NCBI RefSeq assembly: GCF_963921235.1
Contig: NC_086128.1
Coordinates: 13,516,001 to 13,580,000 of the forward strand
Direction: 5' to 3'
Source: Mobula hypostoma
Lineage: Eukaryota
Length of the DNA stretch: 64,000 nt
Shown: piece by piece, positions 52,221 through 64,000 of the stretch
Layout: each line of letters starts with the position of its first letter
How positions within the stretch are numbered: position 1 is the stretch's first letter
Position numbers and translations under genes: made by a program
The notes under the pieces: model-generated
The model's database searches: none
Told to the model about the DNA's origin: nothing
Seen by the model: only the letters and a program-made list of their open reading frames with translations

Positions 52221-53220
52221 AAGGTTCAAGTGTTTATTTTATTATTAAAAGATGCATGCAGGATACAACTCTGAGATTCCTCTTCTCCAGATAGCCATGA
52301 AATACAGAAAAACCATGGATGTTGTTGAAAGAAAAAGACATCAGCCCCACCTCCCCTGCACGATAAAGCAAAAGAAACAAAACCTCGCAAATGCCAACCC
52401 CCCTCAACCCCTCCCTCACACAAAAACTAACAACTCGCCTACCTGGAAAATGGCAGCATCAAACCCCCAAACCCCCAACACCTTCCCTCACAAATATGGT
52501 CCACAAGGGAAAAGAAACAGCAACAATAACATCAAACACCCGACCTCCTCTTTCTCACACACAAAAACTAACAGATCGCCCACATGGAAAAACACCAACA
52601 AGAACATCAGACCCCAAATCCCCAACATTTCCCTCACACAAAAACCAACCTATTGCCCACAGGGACATCAAACCCCCAATCCACCAATCGGCAATAAGAA
52701 AGAAAACACAGAAATCTGAAGGAGACCAATATAAACTGCAGTCCACACCAATAATCACATAAATCTCAGAATTTTGAAACCATCCTCCGTCAACATCAAG
52801 GAGAGCGACTGCTCAAACTCAGTCCTTCTGTGGCCTCCCGAATATCGTCCAGCGGCGTCTGTGGAGAGCAACCATCAACCCACAGCCTGTGTGGAGAGAC
52901 CACTGACTCTGCCTCCTTCGCATTCGCCTCAATGTTTCAATCATCCTCAATGCTTTGTTCAGCGGGAAATGGATTCGACCATGGCCTCTGGTCTTCTCCT
53001 CGAGGCAGCTTGTGCTTTTGGCCCTCTGCTGGAATTTTCGAGGGGACAGCAGAGTGCTCGGTCACTCGATCGATTTCCAAACTGCAGGTCACAGGCTCCA
53101 GCAGTTTTCAAAACACAATTAAGATGAAAAGAATAAGTAGAAGATATAGGAAAAGTGAAGTAATTGACTATCTGGAAGATGTTGCTCGAGGAATCGTCGT
53201 TCACTGGCGCCATCTTGACC
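52221..53220 (-). mobile_element. ~1-kb non-coding retroelement (AAGATGGCGCC 5' end, LINE-like 3' tail)
   Basis: 5' end ggtcaagatggcgcc, internal imperfect subrepeats, aataaa..ttgaacc end; related to 38886-39829. Confidence 0.65.
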
Positions 53221-54214
53221 ATGTGAGTGTTTCTGCTTCTGATGACATGTACAGAAATGGATGAAGGAACTTGCGCTGTTTCACAACCCTTTTGACCATC
53301 TCCACTCCACAGACCCTGTCCTGGTTACCAAGCAGATCTGGCAGGACCTAAGGAAAGATTACTGGTTGCATTCTTCACATAAAATAGAAATCCTCTTCTC
53401 TGTATTCAACTTGGGGTAGGACTGCGATATGTGAAAGAAGACCTGAGAGGATAACCATTTGGCTTGGCTTTCATTTGGATATGGCCCTGCAGGACATTAT
53501 GCATGCAGTAGCTGATGGGAATGGAGACTAGAAAGCAGAAATGTGATTTAGGCCAAAGGGGATAGAGGGGAACCTTTTAATTTTAAATCTATGGCATCTT
53601 GTGAAAAATATTTAATGGCAATCATCACAGGAACAATGATATTAATGACCTTGAGAGTCCACATCTGTGCATTAAAGAAAATTTTCTCCAGGGAGAATAT
53701 TAATGTGTTGAGTCCCTGGGATTATGTCCATTATAATCATATTTATTAAAAAAAGTGGCTATTTTTTCCACAAAAGTGGCCGTAAAGCTACATAGACTGG
53801 TAAAGGGAGGTGAACACCATTACACCATGTACCTTTGTTAACAGGACATTATTTACTCAAGTTCATTAAGTATTGACTGTGAATCCATACTTAGTCCCGA
53901 GGGAACAATTAACTCCAGACACACTATACAGTGGGTTTTCATACTATTTCATTCACATTTTGTTACTGAAGGTTCTCACTAAAAAAAAACTACATATAGG
54001 TTTTCACAAAAGGTTTTTGGAGCTTGTTTTATGACATAGTCACTTTCTTTGCTTCTGTGTGACTGAGAGCAATGGATACAATTGGTTGGATGGCAGCTAA
54101 TTTTTGGTTGCAGCTCAGCTGATTGCACTGTTACCTTTGAATTAGAAGATTGATGGTGCAAGACCAACTCTAGTGGCTTCAGCATAAGAGTAAGGTTAAT
54201 TTATGTGTGCTGCA

Positions 54215-54488
54215 CTGCTTTTTGGATTGATGTGAAACTGAGGTCCCCTCAGCTCTCCCAGATGAGCTTAAAAAGATTCCATACCACTATTTCAAAGCAG
54301 GTAAGTTATTCTTGGTGATCTGGCTAATGCTTCTCCCTCAGCCAGATGATAGCATTGCTGTTTGTGGGAGCTTGCTGTGTACACAATTGCCTGCTATATT
54401 TCCTATATTGCATCAGTGACAACATTTCATTGCTTGTAAAGTAGTTTGAGATGTCCTCAGGTCACGAATGATGCTCCATAAATGCAAT
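54215..54488 (+). mobile_element. DeuSINE (AmnSINE1/SacSINE1-like) fragment
   Basis: Deu-domain-like gatgtgaaactgaggtccc...aagattccataccactatt and tail cattgctgtttgtgggagcttgctgtg...ataaatgcaa, recognised from memory of the consensus. Confidence 0.75.
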
Positions 54489-54681
54489 ACAAGCTTGAGA
54501 AAGTCTGCAAATGCAGGAAATCCAAAGCAGCACACACAAACGTGAGAGGGGATCCAGTGGAAAGGCTGGATGAATGAACATCAGTCCGGAGGAAGGGTCT
54601 GAGCCTGAAACATTAACTGCTTACTCTTTCCCATAGATGCTGCCTGGCTTGCTGAATTCCTCCAGCATTTTGTGTGCGCTG
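54489..54681. mobile_element. Small inverted PLE 3'-end insertion containing captured flanking DNA
   Basis: TSD cataaatgcaat at 54477-54488 and 54682-54693; minus arm 54489-54541, plus arm ~54582-54681. Confidence 0.85.
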
Positions 54682-55125
54682 CATAAATGCAATTTCTATA
54701 TACCTGATTGCATTTCAGATCATTCTGTATGTGTCTTACAATTCTTATGTGAATTCATCCAGCCTTTCCACTGGATCTCCTCTCATTTTCAGAGATAGAC
54801 ACACTATAAAATCTTAAAAACTCCAAGCTGCAAAGTTAGGCTTGGTAGCCTATTGTTTTTGTTTGTAATGAGTATCCAGAGAATTTCAAAATGGCACTGA
54901 CTTGGTATCAGCGTACCATCTTGGAGCTGCCCAAAACAAATAGCATATTTTCTTAAGATTGCATAGCTGAAATCCTTTGAATAGCATGAAGGACTAACCT
55001 CACTGGATCTATTTAAAGGGATTGTTATCTACTTCATGAGAGAAGGCTGCATGTCATCCATGTTTCGTTGTTATTTTGAGAGAAAGAAAAATATGGGGAT
55101 GAAGTCAATCGAGCGATGGTTGAGG

Positions 55126-55516
55126 CTATTGTTGTTGGAGCGTGCTATTTGATAATACACGCACATTTTGACATTGAACTAACAACAATGGCACCCAGGC
55201 CTTTGAATTTAAACTCAGAGCATCCACCTCCACATATACTTGTTTCTCCCACTGCCTTCTTGTCTTGTATCTGATGGTGGTACGTTGCCAGTATCTCTCC
55301 TTCTTTCCATTTCCTCCAAAAAGAAAAATAACCTTTGTGCACATGTTCTTTTGTGGTTAGCCTTTGTTGATTTGAGTGATGCCAGCTATTAACTGAAGCT
55401 TTGTGGTTAACAATGGCTTTATGCCATAAGCAGCACCAGAAAACAATAGGAAATGAATATGCCACCACTGACCCCTGAAGCCATTCAATATGATCAAGGC
55501 AAATTTGGCTTTTCAA
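55126..55516 (-). pseudogene. Harbinger relic: transposase C-terminus followed by Myb/SANT-like domain
   Basis: KSQICLDH..WLQ......IVFWCCLWHKA (cf. RFRCLD..G.LQY.P...I..ACC.LHN.A) and LFGGNGKK...RRQWE..VYVEVDALSLNSKAW....QC. Confidence 0.55.
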
Positions 55517-55741
55517 TTTCCTTGCTTTTTTGTGAGGATATTCAATTTAGCCCCCATAGTTTTTGCAAGACCACATTCAAAATTCGAATAGGCAAAAATA
55601 CTTTAATTGTTTCACATACTTTCCTATATTGTTTGCTTTTTTAAATTCCTGGTGTGGCACTGTTCAAGGTGAACAAAGCCTGTTTTAAAAGGGCAGAAAG
55701 ATTATACAATGCAAACATGAAACTCAGTTATGAAAGTGTCA

Positions 55742-55905
55742 ACAACAAACAACAGGAATTCTGCAGATGCTGGAAATTCAAGCAACATACATCAAAGTTG
55801 CTGGTGAACGCAGCAGGCCAAGCAGCATCTATAGGAAGAGGCGCAGTCGACGTTTCAGGCCGAGACCCTTCGTCAGGACTAACTGAAGGAAGAGTGAGTA
55901 AGGGA
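55742..55905 (-). mobile_element. Young PLE 3'-end fragment with hammerhead (55845-55880)
   Basis: TSD ttatgaaagtgtca at 55728-55741 and 55906-55919. Confidence 0.9.
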
Positions 55906-56699
55906 TTATGAAAGTGTCAGTTCCTTTAAGGCTATATGGTGCAATTGTTTTGCATCTCTGCACCAGTTGCTAAGTTTATTATCAGGGAGGCTGCGGATCT
56001 GTGAAAATGGTCCGTTCAAAAAGTTGCAGATATTCTGGGTCAAAGTTTATACACAGCACAGGTTTGACAGCCTGATCCATCTACCCAGTTACACCAGATG
56101 ACTGAGCATCATTTATTGAGCCGCCAGCACTAAACATACTGTTAATACTTAACTTGCCATTTGAGAAGGTGACAAATCAGGCAAGCCTGCATCTCTTGAA
56201 AGAGAATGTTCAGTTCTTGAAGAATAGCGTGCAGTATGATATCAGTTAGCGATCTTTCAATGCAACTATTCGGTTCTTATGTAGCACTTTTGCAAGAGCC
56301 CAATTATTACAGACAACGATGCAACAGGAATGTAACGAGTGGACTTCTCTCAGAATGATTGTGCGTCTGGATTCTTGTTAATCTGTTCAGACAAAGCCCA
56401 TCCAGTGCTAGGATGTCAGCTTTGGGAATTTTGAGTTGCTGCAGTCTACAATCAAGTTTTCTCAGGTTTGAATTCCTAGACGTCACAGACCGTGAACATC
56501 TTGCAAACCATCATCTGAGCCACTGCAGCATTCTAGCTCCAATGCTGGAGCGGCTGATGGACTACAAGAGTAAATAGCAGATAACTTCAGACAGGCTGAT
56601 TTATCACTGTCCATCTGACCTCACTGAAGGTGCAGTTTGGTATATGCTCATTCCACCTGTTGCTGATCTCACTCTTGAGTCAGAACAGAAATTTCTTTA

Positions 56700-58190
56700 T
56701 ATATCAAAAATAAACTTTATTCATAAAACATATATACAAGAAGTCTTGTATTCATACTGTCTGTATTCATAATGCTGTCCAGTCTATACGTTTATAGCAT
56801 AGTCAAGTCACTACATTTGTAATGTCATCAAGTTAGTACATTCTATGTACAAAGCATCAGTGCCACTCATGCGATATCTTTCAGCAATACACACTTCACG
56901 TTTCTGAGAAGCTTTCCCGCAGGACTCAGACCCTCATTGTCCAGAGGCAGCAGGACTTTACACTTTACCCTCTCCCCACAAAGCCTTTCCATTGGCTGTA
57001 TCAAGCTTCAGTGCATCCTTAGCAGATACCTCATTCTGCAAGGCCAGCACATTTTGCACAGTCCGAAGTGCATCTTTCAGTGAACTGAGGATCTTCCAGC
57101 AGTATTTGATGCATGTCTGAGTATGCACCCCTGGGAACAGCCCAGAGATCAGAGAGCCCTCTGTTACATAGTTGCTCAGGGTGTACCTCGACAAGGACAC
57201 TTGCATCCTTTTCTGGATCTTCTTTGCAAAAGCATAGCGTGTAAAGAGATGGGAGATAATCTCATCCTTATGAAGCCATTCTGAAGGCGGTATGCATTAG
57301 GAATGACACTCCAGCCGTGAACATCTGACAGGCAGGGCTCCTCTCACTCCCAGTCAAGCAAGGACTTGGTGCTTATTGGTGAATTCTGTCAAATGGTTTT
57401 GACTGCCTGCACGGAAAACCATTCTATACTGCTTTGTGTCCCTTGGGGTCTGCAGGACACTCGGTGCTGGCCTCTGCCTGCTGAACTTGTGGCCAAAAGT
57501 GTTCCTTTTAAGGAACTTTCCTACAGAGAGCTGGCAATGTGATAAAGTCCAACTGAATGGAACATTATGTGGCAACAATTCCAGGCCTGTCCTTTGCCAC
57601 ACCGGGGACAGCTAGAACCTTACACATCATGATACTTGTGTTATTTCTCGGCCTAACTTGATGCCACACACGAAGACGTCTATCAGGCTGAGGGCAGTGT
57701 TGGATATGTTTCTCCTCCAGTTTTTTGGGGACTTGTACATTGTGGCCCATCGGGCATGCTCCAGTCTGCATCCCCAGATGAAACAGAAGATGGCTCGGGT
57801 GACCGCCAAACTTGTACGATGTACAGCAACACCAAGAGTACCTTGCACCTGAACCAGATTCTTGCCCATCACTGTGACAGAGAACCACTTCCATAGTTCC
57901 AATTTTTGTTGGACCTTGCCTATCCACTCCAGCTAATTCCTACCGTACGCTCCAGCTCCTTGAACCAGATCACCTCCTTCAGGTAGTCAAAGTTAACAGT
58001 GAAGGGAAGAGGAGGATTGACTGGACCATTTGCCAAAGAGCAGGGTCTCACTTTTCCTGGTAGTTGACTCTGCCCTCTAAGGCCAGCACAAACTGCAAAA
58101 ATTACATATAAGACTGGAGGTGCACTCTCCATGTTCCTTGGCACTGCAAAGGATCTGATGACGTATCAAACATTTCATTCTGTCTGACTC
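56700..58190 (-). mobile_element. Tx1-like (L1 group) LINE 3' fragment
   Basis: GLFPGVHTQTCIKYCWKILSSLKDAL...DALKLDTANGKALWG; AIFCFIWG..LE; aataaa near the 3' end. Confidence 0.8.
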
Positions 58191-58621
58191 ACACTGTGGC
58201 TCACTGGCATTTGGGCTATCCTCTATCCATTTGCACGCTGCCATCTCCTACACGCTCTGTAGTGTTGGAGTAATTCTCTCTTGTAGAGAGGGAGGTTGAG
58301 GTGGTGCTTCTGGGTGGTGGAGGTCTCTTCTAGTTTGGCATTGTTGGCATCTGCCACCTTCATCGCAATGTGCCTGCCATGTTATATAGCTGTAAGGTCT
58401 GGATATCTACCCTGGAGCAATGGTATGTGAGGTTGTAATATAACATATGAGTGTTAGGTAAGAGTTCTGATTGCCAGTGAGTATTAATAGGAGTGTCATG
58501 GAGGTAACGTTAGAAGATGAGATATGATGAAGTCTCCACTGACCTTGACCATGTGTTAGGTCATTAACTTCTTCCAGGTTTTTATAGCTTGATTTCTGGT
58601 TTTCTTGTTTGTTACATCCTT

Positions 58622-59009
58622 TGTTTAGGGATGGCGGGATGGAGACACATCTCTACCAACGGAGGTGTAAGGTGCTCCTTCCCTCCACTAGGCTGCAGGT
58701 CACCCTTGGACAAGGTGTAGCACCTGCTTATCCCCCGATCAGGGTCATGTGAAGCCATGGGAGCAAGAGGTGGATGGTCATGTGAGCAGCTGGTATATAT
58801 CACAAGCCCCGCTAATGCGACTATTGGCGCCAGGCAGACAATCTCTGAAGAGTAATGATCATGGCTGGGGTCATCCATCTTGTAAAGACACTGCCCAGAA
58901 GAAGGCAATGGCAAACCACTTCTATAGAAAAATTTGCCAAGAACAATTATGGTCATGGGAAGACCATGATTGCCCACGTCATACAACGTAGCACATAAAG
59001 AACAAAATA
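58622..59009 (+). mobile_element. Short non-autonomous RTE/BovB-like element
   Basis: Same family as 3708-4096; duplication acatcctt at 58614-58621 and 59010-59017. Confidence 0.7.
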
Positions 59010-59449
59010 ACATCCTTCCATTGTCACTTGACCATTGGAGAACTTATTGGCCCCATATAGGAACAGGACTAGCCTTGGACTGTTCAATTTGTTGACCAAA
59101 GCCTTCAGGACCACATCGGAATCTTGGGATACCCAGTCCCTGCTATGATGCAGAGAGCAAGCAAGCTTCCAAGATGTGTGGGTCACTTCCACCAGTGGGT
59201 GCAGCTTCAAAACACCTCCCCTTTAAGAGGTGCAGGTATAGCTTTGCTTCATCCACTCATGAGACTGTGTCCCATGGACATGCTGTGAGCCTGGCAATTG
59301 ACACTGGCTGGTCCCTGGAATCATGTTAATGGGATGGGACCAGGAATTTGTATATGGCCCCCGCATCAGGTCAAATGGGCACTAGTTACCTTCACATCAC
59401 AGTCTGCACACCCATTTTCCAAGGCAATTTAGGCCCTGTAATTTTTTAG

Positions 59450-59972
59450 ATGTTGTTTTACTGACATTGGAGAGGGTTCAGAGAAGATTCATGAGAATGA
59501 TTCCAGGAATGAGAGGGTTATTGTATGATGAATGTCTGGCAGCTCTTGGGCTGTATTCCCTGGAGTTCAGGAGAATGAGGGGGAATCTCATAGAAACATT
59601 CCGAATGTTAAAAGGCCTGAACAGATTAGATATGGCAAAGTTATTTCCCGTGGTAGGGGATTCTAGGACAAGAGGGCACGACTTCAGGATTGAAGGATGT
59701 CCATTTAGAACTGAGATGCGGAGAAATTACTTTAGTCAGAGGGTGGTAAATCTGTGGAATTTGTTGCCACAAGCAGCTGTGGAGGCCAAATCATTGGGTG
59801 TATTTAAGGCAGAGATAGATAGGTTCTTGATTAGCCAGGGCATCAAAAGGTATGGGGTGAAAGCAGGGGAGTAGGGATGACTGGATGAAGTGGATCAGCC
59901 CATAATTGAATGGCAGAACAGACTTGATGGGCTGAATGGCCTACTTCTGCTCCTAAATCTTATGGTCTTATG
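59450..59972 (+). mobile_element. CR1 LINE 3' fragment
   Basis: ERVQRRFMRMIPG...RRMRGNLIETF...FSQRVVNLWN; (cttatggt) tail. Confidence 0.93.
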
Positions 59973-60004
59973 CTTTCAACAGTTGGAAAATTGTGACATA
60001 CTGG

Positions 60005-60535
60005 CCACCCTGTTTCTGATAGACTCATGAAGGTGAGACAACTGAGATACTGCCTGAAATACATCTGGAGTGTCTTTAGATATTTAAGTCATCACTCTAG
60101 GAGCAAATGTAGTTCTAAAGGAGTTAGTTACTTTGTCAACAAACTGTGATGCTAAAATATGATGCTTTACCATTATAAAATATTTGTTGTAATGTTCATA
60201 ACCAAAATCCAATTGTAAATGGTAATCCAAAATGTTACAAAAGTAATATTTCTGGAGATTGGAGTTAAGCACTGTATACTCAAGGAGGTTAGTCATTTAT
60301 ATTCAGACAGACATTTGTTTAATCTGTGTCTCCTAATAATGCTTTTAGAAAGACCATTGGTTAGCAGACTGGGTTTCATGGATGTAGAAACCTGTGGTAC
60401 TAACATTAACAATTGCAAATGCTTCTTCGACAAAAGGATTGGAGCTGGATGTTCCGGAGCCTTTAGCTTTCTCAGATGAGATTGAACAACATTTTGTTTC
60501 CTTGAGAAGCACACATTTTTTTGTGTAAAAACCAT
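60005..60535 (-). pseudogene. Very decayed Harbinger transposase relic
   Basis: FSRKQNVVQSHLRKLKAPEHP..LLSKKH (cf. FP.VQG.IDCTH..IKAP.H....FINRKG), EHYN, and a later LHE (cf. LHN). Confidence 0.4.
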
Positions 60536-61284
60536 AAAATCCCATAAATGGCTGGGGGAGATCTGAAGAATTACATTGCAGAATTTGACATTTTACCAAT
60601 GTCCCCAGCTAAATTTCTTGACAGAGGGTAACTTTCAATTTGTTTTCTTTGTCACATTCATCTAACCATCCTAATTAACAACGGCAGAGGAGGGACAAAT
60701 CTGACTTTCCCCAGGAGATTATCTGCCTCAGTGACTCAAACACGATTTACGAAGAGAAAATATACTACAGGATATCACATTAGATTAGTAATTTATTAAT
60801 CAGTTTCCATTACAGAAAAGGCTCCTATACTCATATATCAATGCAAGTTGACACACAAAGGGATGAAATTTTCGTGACTGCCTGGCTCAGGATACTTGCA
60901 TTCATTATACATTCAGTGAGCATTCACCTGAGAAACACAACCTTACAAATAGGCATTTCAAAGAAACCTATTATATATATTCTGACCTGACATTTTAATG
61001 TTTTAAAGTGCAACTATAGCAAATACATAAAAAATATCCAGCTATAGCTATATAAAAATGAGTGGTTATGATGATAGAGAGCATTGATATATTATTCCTT
61101 TGGGCTACGAATCCTGACTCTGCATTAATTAGCTTGTAAATGTCACAGTGACTGACATTAAATATTGGGGATTTTGTTTCTCTAATAGCTGCTTTTATCT
61201 TTTTATTTCATTCTTTATATAATTAATTTCTATTAAGTCTGCTCAAGAAGCAAATTCTCCAGTTGGGATTTCTGACAATCCCTT

Positions 61285-61292
61285 GTCTCTCT

Positions 61293-61328
<36 letters not shown>
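61285..61328. repeat. (CT)n microsatellite
   Basis: Read directly. Confidence 0.95.
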
Positions 61329-61332
<4 letters not shown>

Positions 61333-62439
61333 CTGTACTTTGGACATCTTGTTTACACTCATAACCGGTTTATATTCAATTTACAAATCCCCATTTGTCA
61401 CAAATTGCAGAATGACAACCATCCAGGTAGCACATAGATGAGAGTTATTTGTCTTCATTGGTGGTGCATAGAACAAGTTACCACTGCAGGACCTTGTAAA
61501 CGGTATGAAGGTGATTAACATTGGGCTTTGTAAATAGCTTCTGGAAGCTAAAGGTTTATATCAGTCATGTAGCTTAATATCTCCCAGCACAAGAACTGAC
61601 TTTTAAGACTGAAGAATAATTTTTCATAAACCCTGGAGTTTGCATTCAGTTCAGCTCACCTTAATTTCAATTAGGAAGTACTGCTGTACAGTTGAAATAT
61701 AAAGACAATTTCACAGTATTAAGCAGGTTCTGCCACACAGTGTCCAGCATTTGGCCTAATCCTATTATTTATGCTCCATACAAGCCTCCTTCTCTTCTCT
61801 ACATTTTTTCAGCAAAATCTTCCACTTCTTTCTCTTACAGGCATGTACCTAACTTTCTGTTAACTACATCCATACCAGTTATCCTAACTCCTCCTTCTGT
61901 TAGCAAAGTCCATATTCTAACCACTCCCTCGAAAGAATCTCCTGAATAGCCCATTGGAAATATGAGTAACTTTCTCAATATTGTGAATACTCATATTCAA
62001 TGACTCTACAAGTGGAAATCGCTCTACTATGTCTTAGCTAGCAAACGTTCTCAGAATCTTAAGCTGTCAGGTCACCCCTAAGTGACATTGTTTTAAGTCC
62101 TGTCTGATAGTCATAACCTCAGAGCTCTGGTACCAATCCAGAGAATTACTTTTTTAAACTTTCTCTAATCCCTCTCCACTGTAGTTATTACATGGAAACA
62201 GAATTGTCCATGGAAACAGCATGCTGTCAGTTCCCAATGAATGGGTGTTTAAAATTAGGCAAAGATGGATCATAGCTAAGCCGTCTCAAAGCGTATCAGT
62301 GTGGGTACTCTGTACCTCAATATTTAAAACTGCCATTACTACACACAATATCAACACAATTTACCCAGATGTTTTGAATATTCAGCCCAGGGACAGGCTA
62401 ATTTAGCTTGGATATGGAGTGCGCACTATGATATATACA

Positions 62440-62733
62440 GGGCACCACAGTAGCATAGCTGTTAGCGCAACGCTATTACAGCTCAGGGCATCCTGGAGTT
62501 CAGAGTTCAATCACAGCGCTGTCTCTAGGAAGTCTCTGTACGTCCTCCCTGCGGAATGTGTGGGTTTTCCCTGCGTGCTCTGGTTTCCTCCTACAGTCCA
62601 AAGACGTACCGGGTAGGATAATTGTTCGTTGTAAATTGTCCCGTGGTTAGGTTGGGGTTAATCAGGGCTGTTAGGGGTTGCTGGGTGGTGTGGCCTCTAT
62701 CGCTAAATAAATAGATAGACAGATAAATAAATA
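62440..62733 (+). mobile_element. tRNA-derived SINE
   Basis: A-box-like tagcatagctg, B-box-like gagttcaatc, tgggttttcc...tggtttcctcc core, (aaat) tail. Confidence 0.75.
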
Positions 62734-63448
62734 ATATTTTTAGCTAAGCCATTAGTGCTCTTTGGAACATGAAGCAGTTTCGGAAGGTGTTAGCTGACAT
62801 TCACTGACTACTCAATATCGACCCCTGTAGGAAAAAATGTTGCCAGTATGCTTTTCTAATTTTAATCCACGCTAAATAGCTTAATGCTATCATATTAAAT
62901 AGTTCTCTTCCCTGCACATCTTCAGTGACGGCACAGGTCTGTCACATTTGGCAACAGAGATGGATGTAACAGGAGTATTATAATTACATCAAATTTAACA
63001 CAAATGCTGCTGTATGTATTTTTTTATGTGAGGCTTTGGCCTGACAGCACACATTACTTTTGTTGCTGTAGTGAAAACACTAAGCTGTCAAACTTCATTA
63101 TGTTAAAATAAAATAGGAAAAGATCAGGAAAGGACTATTGTCCCTGGTGGGCTAAGAGCCCTTAAAGGCATCTGTGTCTTTTCTTGAAGGGAGGGTCAAT
63201 CTGAATGCTGAAGTAACTACAAGGCGTATTGCTTCCTCAACTTGATATAGGCATTGCCGATGCCTTTGCATTTTAAGTCATTCAGCAAATTGCCTTCTAC
63301 AATTTGAAACATCACCCTGTGAAAATATTTCACTTTGCTTTTATTATACAGAATTTATAAATATCTGCAGGAATTCCTTGTGCTTATAGGACCTCTGCTA
63401 ATAAAGTAAAAATAAAATGTTACAACTATAACTAAACACCACTAATAG

Positions 63449-63686
63449 GACCATAAGACCATAAGCCAAAGGAGCAGAAGTAGGCCATTTGGCCCATCGA
63501 GTCTGCTCCGCCATTTTATCATGAGCTGATCCATTCTCCTATTTAGTCCCACTACCCCGCCTTCTCACCATAACCTTTGATGCCCTGGCTACTCAGATAC
63601 CTATCAATCTCTGCCTTAAATACACCCAATGACTTGGCCTCCACTGCCACCCGTGGCAACAAATTCCATAGATTCACCACCCTCTG
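63449..63686 (-). mobile_element. CR1 LINE 3' end
   Basis: QRVVNLWNLLP...GYGEKAG; same family as 59450-59972. Confidence 0.92.
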
Positions 63687-64000
63687 GATATTATTTACAT
63701 ATTCAGCCAATTGCCAGTGGAACCTGTTAATTAATGAGGTATTCACTTGATCTAAGTGAAACTATTGTATTTACTTATCAACAGAATGTCAGAACAATTT
63801 TTATTGCTTTCACATTTTCCTGACTGTTTGTCAGTTAACCGAGAAAAATAGGGAGAAAGATTTTTACAGGAAAGAAAGATCTGACAGTAATAAAGGGAAC
63901 ATTGCCATTAAAACTCTGGTTATAATGATTAACAACAGCACCTAAATTTCTCTCTGTGTCACTCTGCTGCAATATACAAAGTACAGTGTGTGTGTTCACC

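Noticed and set aside
56460-56577. RFEFLDVTDREHL, faintly like the HARBI1 N-terminus
   Set aside because: Single short motif without collinear support.

Overview
Eukaryotic, repeat-dominated vertebrate DNA. The repeat repertoire (CR1, Neptune-type Penelope-like elements, Rex1/Babar, L1, Tx1, RTE, Nimb/I, DeuSINE, tRNA-SINEs, hAT MITEs) is most consistent with a cartilaginous fish (inference). I found no convincing host protein-coding exon, so the window is probably intergenic or a large intron; nearly all listed ORFs are transposon fragments or their antisense shadows. Main points: (1) An 8.4-kb nested block at 29805-38253 is a miniature Tf1/sushi-type Gypsy element. It has two ~1.1-1.25 kb LTRs, only 159 bp of internal sequence, a 5-bp TSD and a visible tRNA-independent self-priming structure. 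Its 3' LTR carries a full-length Nimb LINE at the predicted transcription start and a hAT-in-hAT MITE 59 bp away. (2) About 14 minimal hammerhead ribozyme motifs sit in Penelope-like 3' ends. Several belong to fold-back insertions bounded by one 12-13 bp TSD, and one captured an inverted copy of nearby genomic DNA. (3) Many apparently unique stretches translate into very decayed PIF/Harbinger transposase or Myb/SANT motifs, suggesting a layer of ancient Harbinger fossils. Family assignments are from motif recognition by eye; no database searches were run.
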